Of a stretch of DNA of 64,000 nucleotides, positions 1 to 14,037 are shown piece after piece (positions within the stretch are counted from its first letter, which is position 1; each line of letters starts with the position of its first letter). Below the pieces are notes generated by a model. The model had not been told where the DNA came from. It did not search any database and saw only the letters and a list, made by a program, of their open reading frames with translations. This DNA comes from Eledone cirrhosa (lineage: Eukaryota). A program made the translations under genes and the position numbers. The DNA lies in assembly GCA_964016885.1 (NCBI GenBank), contig OZ024750.1, positions 3,658,001 through 3,722,000 of the forward strand, written 5' to 3'.

Positions 1-3000
1 TTGAACACACAACCTTTCCAATGCTCTAACCGCTAAGCCATATATATATATATATAAATGCAAACATATGTAGCATATTATGGTTGATATTCTATCATCT
101 TTAGTTCACTATTCAACTAAGACAGTATGTATTTTCTTGTTTCAATATAAACAACATCTTTGAACAGCATCTCTGTACCACCCTCCACCAAACTATATTC
201 CCTTTCATGCTAACTGTACCCACCATACATCTCACCTTCCTTTCAATTCTATCTAAACCAGCTCCTATATTTCCCTACAACTACTAACCTGTAGCAATTT
301 AAAATCAAACAATGGTACCCTTTTGCTATTGATTCAAAACAAATATCAACACACTAACAACATCTTGTCTAAGATATGTGAAAAGACTTAAGGTACATAC
401 TATTCCTCTTCTTTAGACTAATGAAAGAAGAATATTATTAGCTAAAAAGCCTTCCTATGTATATACCATTATGTGCATTGTGTAAAGCATATTATTTACC
501 TTAACCAGCCTGATTTGAAAGTAAACACTTACCTGAATACACCTCAGCTCCCCACCCCACCCCACTCCCACCCACTCATAAACACACTTACACAAAAAAA
601 GGCAAAATGTCTGAATTTTTAGGAATTTCTCTTGTGGAAAATTATTTTGTGTAAGTTAAACGTTGCAGAGGTTAATTAGCTATCAGTAAATGATATATAA
701 GCTCCGTACAGATTGGCTGATTAACTTGCTTTTTCGTTGTACAGTTGAAATCTCGACTACCATTCAACACTAAAGTGCCACAGTTTGTAAATTTAAATTG
801 TTCATTCATTAATTTCTTAGGATTTAATCAATGACAGTGGGTAGGTTTGGGGGTTAGAATGTGTGTTGGGTAGGTTTGGGGGTTAGAATGTGTGTTGGGT
901 AAGTGTGGCGGTTAGAATGTGTGTTAACCGTTATTTTTTTGTCAATGACAAGATTTGTGAGATTTTAACTTAGCATTACAAACTAGTGAAATAATTGTCA
1001 CTTACATAGTGATTTTTGTTACCAACAGTTAACCTGATTAAACTGTTAAGATTTAACTCTTAACGCCCTGTACCACTTGAAACTACATTAGCAAAATATT
1101 CTTCAAAAGTACACTGCATCATATCTCTTTCTTTCTCACTCTCTTTCTCTTCTTCTCTTGAAGAAATCGACTGTTCAGACTTGGAGATGGGGTGTGTTCC
1201 ACCAGATTTAGAGTGCCCATGTTTGGAGATGGGGTGTGTTCCACCAGATTTAGAGTGCCCATGTCACAATGGTGTCTCTAAGATTCCCTCAGGACTTACA
1301 GGTCCATACATACTCTTTTATGTAAACAAAATGTTAACCATTCGGCATAATTTAATATTGATGAAAATGCTGAACAAAATCAATAGAACTGGTAGCTTTA
1401 ATCCACCGCCTGGTTAAATACCACCACTTGGTCCTTAGGTACCTTTAGCAGAGTCCTTTTGTTGCAAGCATTTGGACCAGGTATCTGCTCTAACGATAAC
1501 TATTACCCTCTAATAATGGAGGCCCTGAAAAGAGTCTTGATCATGGCCCTTAGAATTCTGGCTAAACCTGAGGTCCTCGAAATGGTCAGCATTTATTCTT
1601 GGAAGTTAATGGGACTACATATAGTGAAATGGAGGGGCAGTCAGTTGTATGAGAAATGAAAATACCAAAAAATATTAATCTAAAGACAAGACCAGCAATT
1701 TCAGGGTAGGAGAAAGTTGATTTTCTCGACATCTCCATCTTCCCCAGGAGGATAAAAGAAAAAAATTGACATCAGCAGGATTTGAACTCAGAAAGTAAAG
1801 GGCCATAACTAAATGCCACAAAGCATTTTGTCAGCCACTCTAATAATTCTGTCAATCCGCCATCTTTGAAAATACATAAAATAATACTGTAAAGATAAAA
1901 TACAACTTATACAACTTTCAGATTTATATATTTATATATAATTATTACTTATTGTCTGTTTTATATTCTCTTTACTGATATATCTACTTATTTATTGTTG
2001 TCTGGGGGTGGTCGACGAAGAGTCAAGGATTCCCTGAAAGGGGTCGATGGTCTAAAACGTTCCAGGGCTAAGCTATAAAAAAAAATATATTCTCCTCAAA
2101 TCTGTCAAAGTTGATTTGAAGATTTTAGCTACACATAAATCTTGCTCCTTTTTTTTCTCTTTTTCCATCAAGCAAATAGCTTTACATACATACATACATA
2201 TATATAAATATATACATATATATATATATATATTTTTTTTTACCGTTTGTTTTCCCCTTAAATAGCTAAACTGAATATTTATGTTGTTTCTTCTTAATTA
2301 TATTGATAACATTTAGAAAATATCCAACTCAGTAAAAATAAGTTTTATTTCTTTTGATGATGGTTCGTGAAACATTTTCTTTGTTTCTTTGTTTGTTTTT
2401 GTATTTCGGATTTTCTGTTGTTTATATATTTGGAGGGGGGGGGGGGGGTTAAACTGTCTTCACATTGTCTATTTTTTGTTGTTTATATTTGTTTTATCAT
2501 CGTTTTCTGACTTATGTACTATTTAAGTTACATACTGAAAATTCAATTATGTAAATATATTCTTCACCTTTTTTTTTTAAAGAAACTGTCTTCCGTCAGG
2601 GGTATATTTAGCATTTCACTGACAAGCAAATGCGAACAAAATGCCTGTTTTGAATATGAATTATTTTTTTTAAATTATTTATATATTTCTCTTGTTTTAT
2701 TTTATTTTATTTTCTTTATGAGTCTATTTGTTTGTTTTGTTTTCAGTTTGGCTCTAATTGAGTCATGAATGTATATTCTCATTTTCTCTTCTTAATATGT
2801 TTCTATATTTGTAAATGTTTCACTTCGGCTTCTTCTTTTGATACAAACTGTTATTGATCATCAGCCAAAGATAAGTTGTTTGACACCAAATAATTGGCTC
2901 GGGAATAGATTTCTTGTAGAGAAAAACCACAAGATTCTCAATTGTAACACCAATTTTAAGGGGTTTTTTTGTTTTGTTGTTGATGTTGTTGTTGTTGTTG

Positions 3001-3177
3001 TTAATTGAATACACACACTTAGATTGTAAATTATATTTCAAATATGGAAAGGTATCTGGTAATTCTGTGCCAAAGAAGCACTGCCAAATTGCCCGTACCA
3101 ATATTTACAATTAGAAATATTTTACTTATTGTAATCTTCATCTCTTCCCCCCACACATAGATATATATATAACAAAG

Positions 3178-3300
3178 AGGGTGTGGTAAGGAACCAGGTG
3201 GACCATAACGCACCAGAGTACTCAATACTTAGGGTAGTAGAGTGGGTAATATAAAAATATTCAGGACCCCGACGGCTGAGCTCCAGCCATTTCGACAGCT

Positions 3301-3304
<4 letters not shown>
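3178..3304 (-). mobile_element. Short element family H2 (half-hammerhead GAAA-stem III-GUC), TA-flanked
   Basis: Near-identical to 47190-47370; minus strand CTAGCTGTC-GAAA-TGGCTG GAGCT CAGCCG-TC-GGGGTCCTGA then tail ...GGTGCGTTATGGTCCAC. Confidence 0.55.
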
Positions 3305-3344
<40 letters not shown>

Positions 3345-3348
<4 letters not shown>

Positions 3349-3635
3349 GAGTTCAATTCCCAGACCGGGTGATGTGTTGTTTCCTTGAGCAAGAGACTTT
3401 ATTTCACATTACTCCAGTTTACTCAGCTGTAGAAATGAGATGATAGGGACTGAGGTCCCTATAATTCCACTGCAAAGTGGTCGTGGAGGTGCCATGGCAA
3501 AAAAGCACCCAGCACTCACTGTAAATGAGGTTGGTGTTAGGAAGGGCATCCAGCTGTAGAAATCAAGCCAGAATCAGTTCCCGTCCCACCCATGCAAGCA
3601 GGGAAAAGTGGACGTAAAATGAACTGATGATGATG
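3345..3635 (+). mobile_element. tRNA-derived SINE family 1 (5' truncated)
   Basis: Matches 5683-5977. Confidence 0.85.
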
Positions 3636-4291
3636 ATATATATATGGTGTGTGTATACTATAAACAATGTTTTCATTGGTCTTTCCAATGCTGGTAGAAA
3701 GTGCAACATGAAATAAAGTGTCTTGCTCAAGGACATAACACATTGCCCAGTCCGGGAATCAAACCCGCAACCTCACAGTTGTGAATCCAAGTCACTTACC
3801 ACTAAGCCACACATCTTCACTTGAAACACATAGGCTGTGTATTTCATTAGAAATATTCTAAGGAAAGATTGAAGGTTTATCTTCTCTTTTAGAACTCGAT
3901 TCAATAAAAGAAAATAAGACGATTTTAATCAGTTTAAGTGTTTTGTTATGTTGTAATATACAGGTGAATGTGGTATTAGAACAAGAATCTATTATAAGAA
4001 TTTAAAAACTTTATGTTCAGTCTTCATTCACTGCAGATGTTTCCATTAGTTTGGAATGTTTCACTAGTAATCTATATTTCTAAAGATGAAGATACATTCT
4101 GCATTGATGCAGCACATCCTATAGATATTGATATCATGTTTGTAAAGACATAAGAAGATAGCATCTTGTAGATATTGTTAAGTTACTGACTGGAATGTTG
4201 ATATCTTTTACATTGGTGTGACACTGGCATTTTCTTCATTTCTGATAGGCTGGTTCCCTGCTAGCCAATATTACTGTTAACCTTATAGATA

Positions 4292-4529
4292 CCTAGTGGA
4301 GGTACATGGCCTAGTGGAGTTACATGGCCTAGTGGTGGTACATGGCCTAGTGGAGGTACATGGCCTAGTGGAGGTACATGGCCTAGTGGAGGTACATGGC
4401 CTAGTGGTGGTACATGGCCTAGTGGAGGTACATGGCCTAGTGGTGGTACATGGCCTAGTGGAGGTACATGGCCTAGTGGAGGTACATGGCCTAGTGGTGG
4501 TACATGGCCTAGTGGAGGTACCTAGTGGT
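4292..4529. repeat. 18-bp minisatellite, ~13 copies
   Basis: Unit CCTAGTGG(A/T)GGTACATGG. Confidence 0.97.
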
Positions 4530-4958
4530 GTTGGACTTACAATCATCATGGGTTCAATTCTGAGACTGGGTTTTGTGTTGTATTCTTGAACAAAACATTC
4601 ATTTCATGTAGCTCCAGTATACTCAGCCGAAAATAAGTACCAGCTATACCTGGGGGTTTAACCCTGTGATGGCCTGAGGTTGTCCACTTATTCCAGCGAG
4701 GGTCATGGGGGCACAGTCCCCATTATTAAATCCCAACAAATGGATTATTTTGAAAATGAGTTTAAAAATAATAGGCCGAGTCTTTCATTAGGAATATGGT
4801 AACGAGAGAGTTTAATCTGGATCTTACTGCTAAATCTTCCAAAGTTGATTTTCCATTCTGTTATTTTTCAACTACTTACTGGTTGGTATTATTCCTTCAA
4901 AATGACAACTAAACAATGGCGGTGTCCCAGCATGGCCCCAGACAGTCAGCTGGAACAC

Positions 4959-5174
4959 TTAACTCTTTAGCATTTGCATTACTCTATATTTACTTTTGTA
5001 TTTTCACGGTAAAGGCTTTACCTCACATAATATCTAATCTATGAGAATTTGAGATTATTTATTTTGAGAACAATACCTTAACATTGCTATACGTGGCCGG
5101 TTGCAACTGGTTTGAACAGATAGAGGTGAAAGAAGTTTGGCTGGATACAGCCGGTTTAAATGCTAAAGGGTTAA
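4959..5174 (+). mobile_element. piggyBac-like MITE family A
   Basis: TTAA flanks, TIR C(C/T)CTTTAGCATTT / AAATGCTAAAGGG. Confidence 0.85.
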
Positions 5175-5599
5175 AAGAGTAAAACAATGTGTGGAAGGAA
5201 TACTTCCATACATTGTTATTACAATCCTGATTCTTCAAGATCTGAAGAAAACAACCTTCATGATTTTAATAAGATATATACACTATAATTATTACAGGTT
5301 ATAAATTAATGGCGAAGTCATAGTTCAGTTCAATTCATAAAATTCTTGTAGATGTTTTCATAGACCACATATAGTTCTTCAGAGAAGGCTTTTAGCTTGA
5401 TGCTGTTATAAAACAGTTGGTTACTTGTCAATCTCTTAGAGATTTTATACTTAATGGTTGATGTTTCACTATAGATGAATAGATGATCACAAACAATATT
5501 GGTTGAACCTATTTTTGATTATAACTAATTGATACAGCGCACAGAAATGCATTAACCTTCTGTACTTTAGGAGTTCTCTTTTTTTATATCTATCTACAA

Positions 5600-5630
<31 letters not shown>

Positions 5631-5639
5631 TATATTTAT

Positions 5640-5977
5640 ATGGCTTAGTGGTTAGAGTATTGGCCTTGCAATCGAAAGATTGTGAGTTCAATTCTCAGAC
5701 TGGGTGATGTGTTGTTTCCTTGAGCAAGGCACTTTATTTCACATTGCTCCAGTTTACTCAGCTGTAGAAATGAGATGATAGGGACTGGGGTCCCTATCAT
5801 TCCACTGCAAAGTGGTCGTGGAGGTGTCATGGCAAAAAAGCACCCAGCACTCACTGTAAATGAGGTTGGTGTTAGGAAAGGCATCCAGCTGTAGAAATCA
5901 AGCCAGAATCAGTTCCTGTCCCACCTTTACAAGCAGGGAAAAGTGGACGTAAAATGAAATGATGATGAATGATGATG
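5640..5977 (+). mobile_element. tRNA-derived SINE family 1
   Basis: Very high similarity to 26699-27035. Confidence 0.85.
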
Positions 5978-6029
5978 TGAAGCTAATAACACTATGTCCT
6001 ATTGACTCCTCCGTTTGTTTGTCCTTTTG

Positions 6030-6063
<34 letters not shown>

Positions 6064-6690
6064 TCAGTGAAATTCCGTTATAACAAAATTCACGGGGTAT
6101 TAAAAACATTCGTTTTAACAAAACATTCTTTATAACGAGATTGACCAAAACAAATCGAATGTTTATTTGTTATTACCTCAGGGAGTGATATAAAAATGTT
6201 GTTATACTGATCAACATTTATTTTGAGAACAATACCTTAACATTATAATAGTATTCATTATAACCTGTACATATATATATATGTGTATATTTAGAATGTG
6301 AGACCATACATAAGCAAGATGACAGGTCCTTAGCTTGTCTGGAGGATCAGTAGCCACCACTTCAATACTGACTTGGTCTATGTAGACCTGTCCAACCCTT
6401 GCTAGCAGGGAAAGTGGACATTAAATTAATATACATGCATATATATGTAGTCAGCACGTGTAGACGATTATTGTAGAGAAACATATGTTAAGGAATGAAC
6501 TCTCAATAAATTTCTCCTTTTGACCAATTCTTCCTGCCTAATTATTCCTGTTTTTCCTGGTACCATACTTATTACATCATCACCATCATCGTTTAACGTC
6601 TATCTTCCATGCATTGTTGAGGCTTCCAAAACGACCAAAAGAAAATAAATCTTATTATTCCACAATGATTCAAGCAAACTTCAATACTCT

Positions 6691-6753
<63 letters not shown>

Positions 6754-8273
6754 AATATACTTTTGTTGTTGTTTATTGTTTTATTGTTCCGTCATCTGAG
6801 TAGATAACTGAAATCACGCCCCCCCCCCTCTCCCCTACCCTGATACAGTTACCCATCATTTTAGGTTTTCTAGTTTTTATGGTGCTGCCAGATATTATTA
6901 TCCCTATCTGTCTATTTACCGGTGTATACATGTACATATTTGTATATATACATATATACATTATCAAGTTATATATATACATACATATATGCACATGCAT
7001 ACACGCACACACATACGTACACGCATGCATACATACATACAAACATATATACATGTATATGTATTTGTCTATTTATCAGTGTACACATGCACGTTTGCAT
7101 CTTTACCTGCACACACACACATGCATACATACATACATACATACACACATAAATACATACATACATATATATGCATATATACATACACACACACACATGT
7201 TCCCACAGACACACAGCTGTATCTCTACAATTATGTTAAGCTACACTATACTTTATTGAGGTTAACTTTGCCTTTCATCCTTACGAGGTCCGATAAAATA
7301 AAGTACCAGTAATATACTGGGCAATTGCTGGCCTTGTGCCAAAAAAAAGTAGAAACAATTATCTCATATTACACTATATTACTACATATTATGTTCCTTT
7401 GTTCATTAATATCACTACTACACTACTGTTATTATTGTATTGTTGTTCTTATTGCTATTTATGTCTGGGTGTGGTAGGAGGAGTTGAACTTACTCCACCC
7501 ACTCATAGCTGGGGGTGGGGGGTATCAGTTTCATGTATGACGACTGCCCCGGTCTCTTGTCTCCGCCCTGGTCCTTTGTCTTATGTGTTAGATCATCTTT
7601 CTTCTTCTGCTTCTCTATTCTTTGCCCATTATTCCTGAGAGGGCCATGGGGGTAGAGTCCTCAAGCACTCCCTCCAGTGGTGTCCTGTCAGAAGCAACCG
7701 TCTCCAATCCATCCGGCTGGATCCCCAAGCAAGACCAACCAGGCTCATGGATGTTATGCAGACATCTCTTCTCCCACTTATTCCTGAGAGGGTCGTGAGG
7801 GCAGGATCCTCAAACATTCCTACCAGTGGGTCCTGTCAGAAGCAACTGATCCGACTGGATCTTCAAGCGAGACCAGCCAAGTTCATGGATGTTATCCAAC
7901 CAACTTTCTCGGGGTCTACCTCTGGGTCTCATGCCTGTAAAATCTATCCAGCTCTTCTATCCTGAGACATTCTAACCACATGGAGCTGTGGTCTCATAAT
8001 TCGGAGAAGATCATGTTGGTTATTTATTATTATTACAACATTATTTATCGATCTATCATGTCTATCTCGTAAATAGTTGCAGCAGGTCCAAATGATGAAG
8101 TTTGTTTCCCAATCATGATGTCTTGGGGCATAATATTTGTCCATGTAAAATACTGACCACGGCACCAAGAAACTGCCTGGCGTCACAGTCGGTATTTACC
8201 TATCTCTGTACCCACTCTACATCTCCTATTGAGTACTTTCTTAATTAGTGGTCTCCTCGGTCTCAACACTGCA

Positions 8274-8308
<35 letters not shown>

Positions 8309-8611
8309 TATATAAATATATGTATATATCAGGTAAATGATGATGATGATATATTGATATATTGATTAGACTGATGTATTTATAATAACTATTTAAAGTA
8401 ATGAATCCATTTGTAGCAACCATTCTGGTAGAATAACAAAACAGATTGATGGTTATATGTAGTGTGAAAAACAGGCGTTTAGAAAATGAACACAATGCTT
8501 CATATTAATTAAACATGTTCACTGTTTTGTAGGAATCAATGTATTCATCCATTAATGCTTATATTGGGCCGTCAAGTATGAAATTTGTAGAATTTTGTTG
8601 CACTTTGTACA

Positions 8612-8830
8612 TTAACCCTTTAGCATTTAAACCGGCCAGAAATCTCTTAAATCTTTCTGTTCAAACCGGCCATAACTGACCACTCATACTGACATTAAGG
8701 TATTGTTCTCAAAATAAATAACATCAAAATCTTGTAGATTCGATATTATGTGAGATAATTATGTAAGATAAAGCCTTTACCACAAAAATACAAAAGTATA
8801 TATAGAGTAATGTAAGTGCTAAAGGGTTAA
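8612..8830 (-). mobile_element. piggyBac-like MITE family A
   Basis: TTAA-CCCTTTAGCATTTA...TGCTAAAGGG-TTAA, internal sequence reversed. Confidence 0.85.
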
Positions 8831-9199
8831 AAAAAATTAACATAAAAACCAGCGCATGATGTATGTAGAGGTCCTAGAAAACCTTATATAACAGGGTGAA
8901 GAATGTTGTGTGTGAAATGGGAGCTATGTACTGCTGTGTATATATACATATCTATAGACTGGCATCACATTTGCATACAATTGCAAACATACACACACAC
9001 ATACTAATGTGTGTGTGTGAGTGTGTGTACCTGAATAGTATGAATAGTTTCATTAAGAACAATGAGATGTGAAGAGAGAGAATGCAGTCGGACAATCTTC
9101 GGTATTTCTTTCTAAATAATAATAAAAATTATATATATATATATATATAATCATCATCAACATCATCATCATATATATATATACAATCATCATCATCAT

Positions 9200-9239
<40 letters not shown>

Positions 9240-10768
9240 CTAAACTGAAAAATATTTGTTAGTTTATACTGAACTAATTGCTGATATGAAATCTCCAAGT
9301 TTATTTTCTTTATCAAGTATAAGCATTATAACTTGTAGATAAGATAATTGGCAATTTTTTGTTCATAGATTTTTTGCCTTATAAACTAAGTAAATATTCT
9401 CTCAGACAAACTGCTATGCAATGAAGTATTATGTTCAGCCTATTACCTAAATGCCTAACATTCTCTTTTTCTTTCTTTCTTTTGTTTTTCTTTTCTTTTT
9501 TTTTTTCTTTTTTCATTTTTTGTTTTGAAATCTTTTGCAACAGACATTCCTTTCTTGTACAAAGCATGTCTGCTGAGAGATTCTTCTAAAGATCCACTGC
9601 TGCTGTAGTACAGGGTGAGGAGGTTGCCAAGTTAACTTCTAGAAACACTACAAACAATAGATACCTGATATCTCTTACTTTATACATTGTCATTGAAAGC
9701 TTTATTCACCATTTATTTGCTTTTGTCTCTCGGAATATTCTTTTACATGAATCTCACTATCATCTGCTCATCCTTTATCTTTAATGTATAGTCTACTCCA
9801 ATGGATGTTTTATTTTTATTTCACTTTAGTTCGGGGGAAGAGGGTCACTGCCCATAGGTTTTGCAGGCTTCCCCACTGTAGTGAGAGCAATGTTTAGCTT
9901 GAATTTTTTTTTTGTTAATGATGTCTGGGGGAAAGAGCAATTGCCATGGACTTCACAGTCCATCTGAGACAAGTAAGATTGATGCTGCCAATCCACACAT
10001 TTCTCAAATTAAACCATCAGTATAGAATTTTGTTCTATAATAAATCAATGTAACAAGAAGTGGAAATGTAACTCAGATTGTACAGAGCCAGGACAGATAC
10101 ATTAAGATGTCATATGAATTTTTTTTAATTTCAGATTTTTTTTCCCCATTGCACATCCAGTGTACTTCCCAACTATCAAGGGTTGGACAGGTCTACATAG
10201 ACCAAGTCAGTACTGAAGCAGAGCTACTGACCTCCCAGACAGGCCAAGGGGATTGTATCTTGCTTACATAGGGTCATATCAAGTGTAGAGAAGTTGTCAT
10301 GTCTCTTGACACAAACAGAAAGGTTCTCATAACCTCTTGTTTGGTAAGCTTTCTATATCTGGAGGCCCTGCCATTGACAAAAGTTATCAACTCTGTGGAT
10401 AGTTTTCATTACAATATAGATATGTTAACACACATAAAGAAAAAGGTTATGGCTATTGAGGTGAGAAATGAAGTAGAATTATTAACTGTTCATTTTATGA
10501 GACAAGATATTATCCATTTGCAATAATACACCTAAGTTATAGAAGACATCTGGTATTAATTGTGGATTGAAGACTTGAAATATTTTTATACTTTCAGAAA
10601 CGTTTTGCTACACAAATTAGAGTTAATAATATACATACATACACACACACACACACATATATATATATACCAAAGAAAATAGTCCTATAATCACATATTT
10701 TACGCACACACACACATCATCATCATCATCATCATTTTACGATTGGTGCTCTGAAATAGCGATGTATT

Positions 10769-11010
10769 CATGATTGTATGTATAGTATAGTTGGCAATAT
10801 ACCGCATGTTTAATTAAAAACATTTAGAAGACCGTACACTATCAGTTTTAAAGTAGTGACTATGTCACTTATATTTTCGGTGAAAGAAGGGAGCGGTCAA
10901 AAAGAAGTAAGTGACATAGTCACTAGTTTAAAACTGACAGCGTAAGGTCTTCTAAATGTTTTTAATTAAACATTCGGTTTATTGCCAAATATACTATACA
11001 TCCATTCATG
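10769..11010. repeat. ~240-bp foldback palindrome (MITE-like)
   Basis: ~100-bp arms CATG..TGTATAGTATA..TTGGCAAT..ATGTTTAATTAAAAACATTTAGAAGACC..AGTGACTATGTCACTTA and its reverse complement around a ~35-nt spacer. Confidence 0.85.
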
Positions 11011-11442
11011 TATATATATGTCCCAGATGGGAAATGTTGACCAATACTTTTTGTGACAGATAATCTAGAATCCTCTTGTAACACCTAAAATACAGAACAT
11101 TCCATTTTTTTTTTATGTATTACATATTTAGAACATCATGAACTGCAGCCACTTACAAATATAAGGTCTTATATGAAGGAATTATTTTAATGAAATCAGA
11201 ACTACGCCACATTTCTAAATAATAGAAAGCTTAACATTAAATTAAATCATTCTAAAATAAACATTGTAGATATTGTTACTTCTTACTTCAAAGTAATCTT
11301 AAGGGAATCTTCAATGTATCAGAAAGAAGCATCTAGTTTATCAACAGAAATACCTAATATATCAAGATGGTATATCCTGTTTGATAAAGGAAAATATTCA
11401 GGTTATTAAAAGAAAAAAAATCTCAAAAATCTTCTGAATTTT

Positions 11443-11642
11443 GGGTGTTGGCTGAAAAGTTCATAGGCTGACCAAGATACTCTCATGGAATGACCAGATG
11501 AGATTTATTTTTGAACATAAGTCCCTGGAAAGAAACAATGTAGTTATTAATAAGAAGAGTTGAAATTAATGCTTGCAAGATTTCACAGTTCTAGCATCAC
11601 TCCTTCATAGTCAGCCTATGAACATTTCTGCCAACCCTTGTA
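11443..11642 (+). mobile_element. Non-autonomous mariner-like element
   Basis: TIR GGG(T)GTTGGCTGAAAAGTTCATAGGCTGAC / GTCAGCCTATGAACATTTCTGCCAACCCTTG-TA; second rearranged copy at 51650-51872. Confidence 0.75.
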
Positions 11643-12558
11643 TATTTTATATGCAATTAGAACAATTTTGCAAAGCTAACTCTGAAAATAATTACTAGTA
11701 ATCAAAGTAATATATAGATACTGTTCAGTAAAATTTGACCTTGCTTAAGTCATGGAAAAGAGTTAAAAAATATAAAATAAAAAGCAAAATGCTCAAAGAA
11801 AGGAAAAAAAATATATTCTTCATAAACTTCGCTGCTCTCATAAAGATCAGTTCTGAATAATTTTATCAAATGAATGTGAAGATAATTTCTTCAAATATCT
11901 TTATGGTTGAAATAAATAATTTTTTAATGAAATGAATGGTAATATGTTATTTTAATATAACATATAGCATTCACTCTTACAATATAGACAGTTTGGTAAA
12001 AAGAAATGACTGGCAATCGGCAATTTCAAGAAATTGGTAGGAAATGAAACTATGATTGAGTTCGATTCATTTCCGAAAAAAATGGTTCATTTTTGTAAAT
12101 AGTGATGTGACCAATGAAAAAAAATGAACCTTAATGAAGATTACAGAAAGGATATAATATGAGATATTAAATAATGTGTAGTTTGGAGCAAATCCAAAAG
12201 GAAACTATGTTGTAAAGAAATACAGGAATGTGAAGAAACCTGAGAGGAATGGCTGATTTCTGAGAATTTTTGCTTACGGAATCATATTGCATAGGTTCAA
12301 TATGACATGAGATAGGTATAAATTACATTCCTCTCAAATGACCGTGTTTTAGGGGAAGTGAGGAGGTGTTATTTGTCCCTGAAATCTCTTTTAGTCAAAC
12401 TCTTCTTTTCTTACTGATATAAAAAATAATAAAATTAGTCATATAAATCTAATCCTTCATTAATCAGGATACTTCTTGAGAGAAGAATTCTGATATTCAG
12501 TCCCACTTAGGCACTCTCATTGTCATTGTCCTACCCATACTAGCATGGAAGATGGACT

Positions 12559-12777
12559 TTAACCCTTTAGCATTTACATTACTCTATATTTGCTATAGTA
12601 TTTTCACGGTAGAGACTTTACCTCACATAATTATTTCACATAATATTGAATTTATGGGATTTTGATATTATTTATTTTGAGAACAATACTTTAAAATCAG
12701 TATGAGTGATTGGTTACAGCCAGTTTGAACAAAAAGAGGTGAGAGAATTCTGGCCAGTTTAAATGCTAAAGAGTTAA
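12559..12777 (+). mobile_element. piggyBac-like MITE family A
   Basis: TTAA flanks and TIRs. Confidence 0.85.
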
Positions 12778-12944
12778 ATGATGATGATGATGATCATCAT
12801 CATCATCATTGTCATTGTCATCATGTTTTCCCTACAGACATCAGCCTTCAGAAATTTAAGCTGCCATCCATGACATTTACTACATTCAAGAATGTCCACA
12901 TAGTCTGTTGACAATGCCCTTCCTTATCTCTTCTTATTATTTGT

Positions 12945-13140
12945 CCACTTATTCCTGTGAGGGTCGTAGGGGCAGAGTCCTCAAACACTCCTTCCAGTGG
13001 GTCCTGTCGGAAGCAACCGTCACCAGCTGATTTGGCTGGATCCCCAATTGAGACCAGCCAAGCTCATGGATGTTATCCAACCATCTTGCTTGGGGTCTAC
13101 CCCTGGGTCTTCTGCCGGCTGATTTTTTGCCCTTAAAACC
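12945..13140 (-). mobile_element. RTE-like LINE 3' fragment (second family)
   Basis: GRRPRGRPQARWLDNI...SDRTHWKECL C-terminus; copies at 7625-7945 (internally duplicated), 27205-27305 and 57910-58085. Confidence 0.75.
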
Positions 13141-13161
13141 TGTCCAGCCATTCTTCATCAG

Positions 13162-13195
<34 letters not shown>

Positions 13196-13358
13196 GTTTT
13201 ACATCCGTTTTTCCACGCTAGCATGGGTTAGACAGGTTGTCGTGTTGTGGGCAGTGTTTGGTCAGCTGGCCTTGTCTTGCTCATACAGGAACTGATTCTG
13301 GCTTAATTTCTTCAGACTAAATATTTAAAAAATCTATATTCTAGTGATGAGATCAATG

Positions 13359-14037
13359 AAATAAGTAATGGCTGTGTATGGTCAATTCTTTAGAACAGGA
13401 GATTAACTCTAAATAAGTACTGGCTGTGTATGGTCAATTCTTTAGAACAGGAGATTAACTCTAAATAAGTACTGGCTGTGTATGGTCAATTCTTTAGAAC
13501 AGGAGATTAACTCTAAATAAGTACTGGCTGTGTATGGTCAATTCTTTAGAACAGGAGATTAACTCTAAATAAGTACTGGCTGTGTATGGTCAATTCTTTA
13601 GAACAGGAGATTAACTCTAAATAAGTACTGGCTGTGTATGGTCAATTCTTTAGAACAGGAGATTAACTCTAAATAAGTACTGGCTGTGTATGGTCAATTC
13701 TTTAGAACAGGAGATTAACTCTAAATAAGTACTGGCTGTGTATGGTCAATTCTTTAGAACAGGAGATTAACTCTAAATAAGTACTGGCTGTGTATGGTCA
13801 ATTCTTTAGAACAGGAGATTAACTCTAAATAAGTACTGGCTGTGTATGGTCAATTCTTTAGAACAGGAGATTAACTCTAAATAAGTACTGGCTGTGTATG
13901 GTCAATTCTTTAGAACAGGAGATTAACTCTAAATAAGTACTGGCTGTGTATGGTCAATTCTTTAGAACAGGAGATTAACTCTAAATAAGTACTGGCTGTG
14001 TATGGTCAATTCTTTAGAACAGGAGATTAACTCTAAA
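13359..14037. repeat. 52-bp minisatellite, 13 near-perfect copies
   Basis: Unit AAATAAGTACTGGCTGTGTATGGTCAATTCTTTAGAACAGGAGATTAACTCT. Confidence 0.97.

Noticed and set aside
4248-4266. Y-RNA-like ends GGCTGGT...GCTAGCC near a Ro60 gene
   Set aside because: Only a 19-nt hairpin; no bulged-C Ro-binding helix, loop domain or Pol III terminator.
4283-4589. ORFs with TSTRPC / VEVHGL repeats
   Set aside because: Translations of an 18-bp minisatellite.
8145-8199. Hammerhead-like CTGACCA...GAAACTG...CAGTC
   Set aside because: G8 is missing and the segment folds better as a simple hairpin.
13359-14037. CRISPR-like array
   Set aside because: Contiguous identical units without unique spacers, eukaryotic context, no cas genes.
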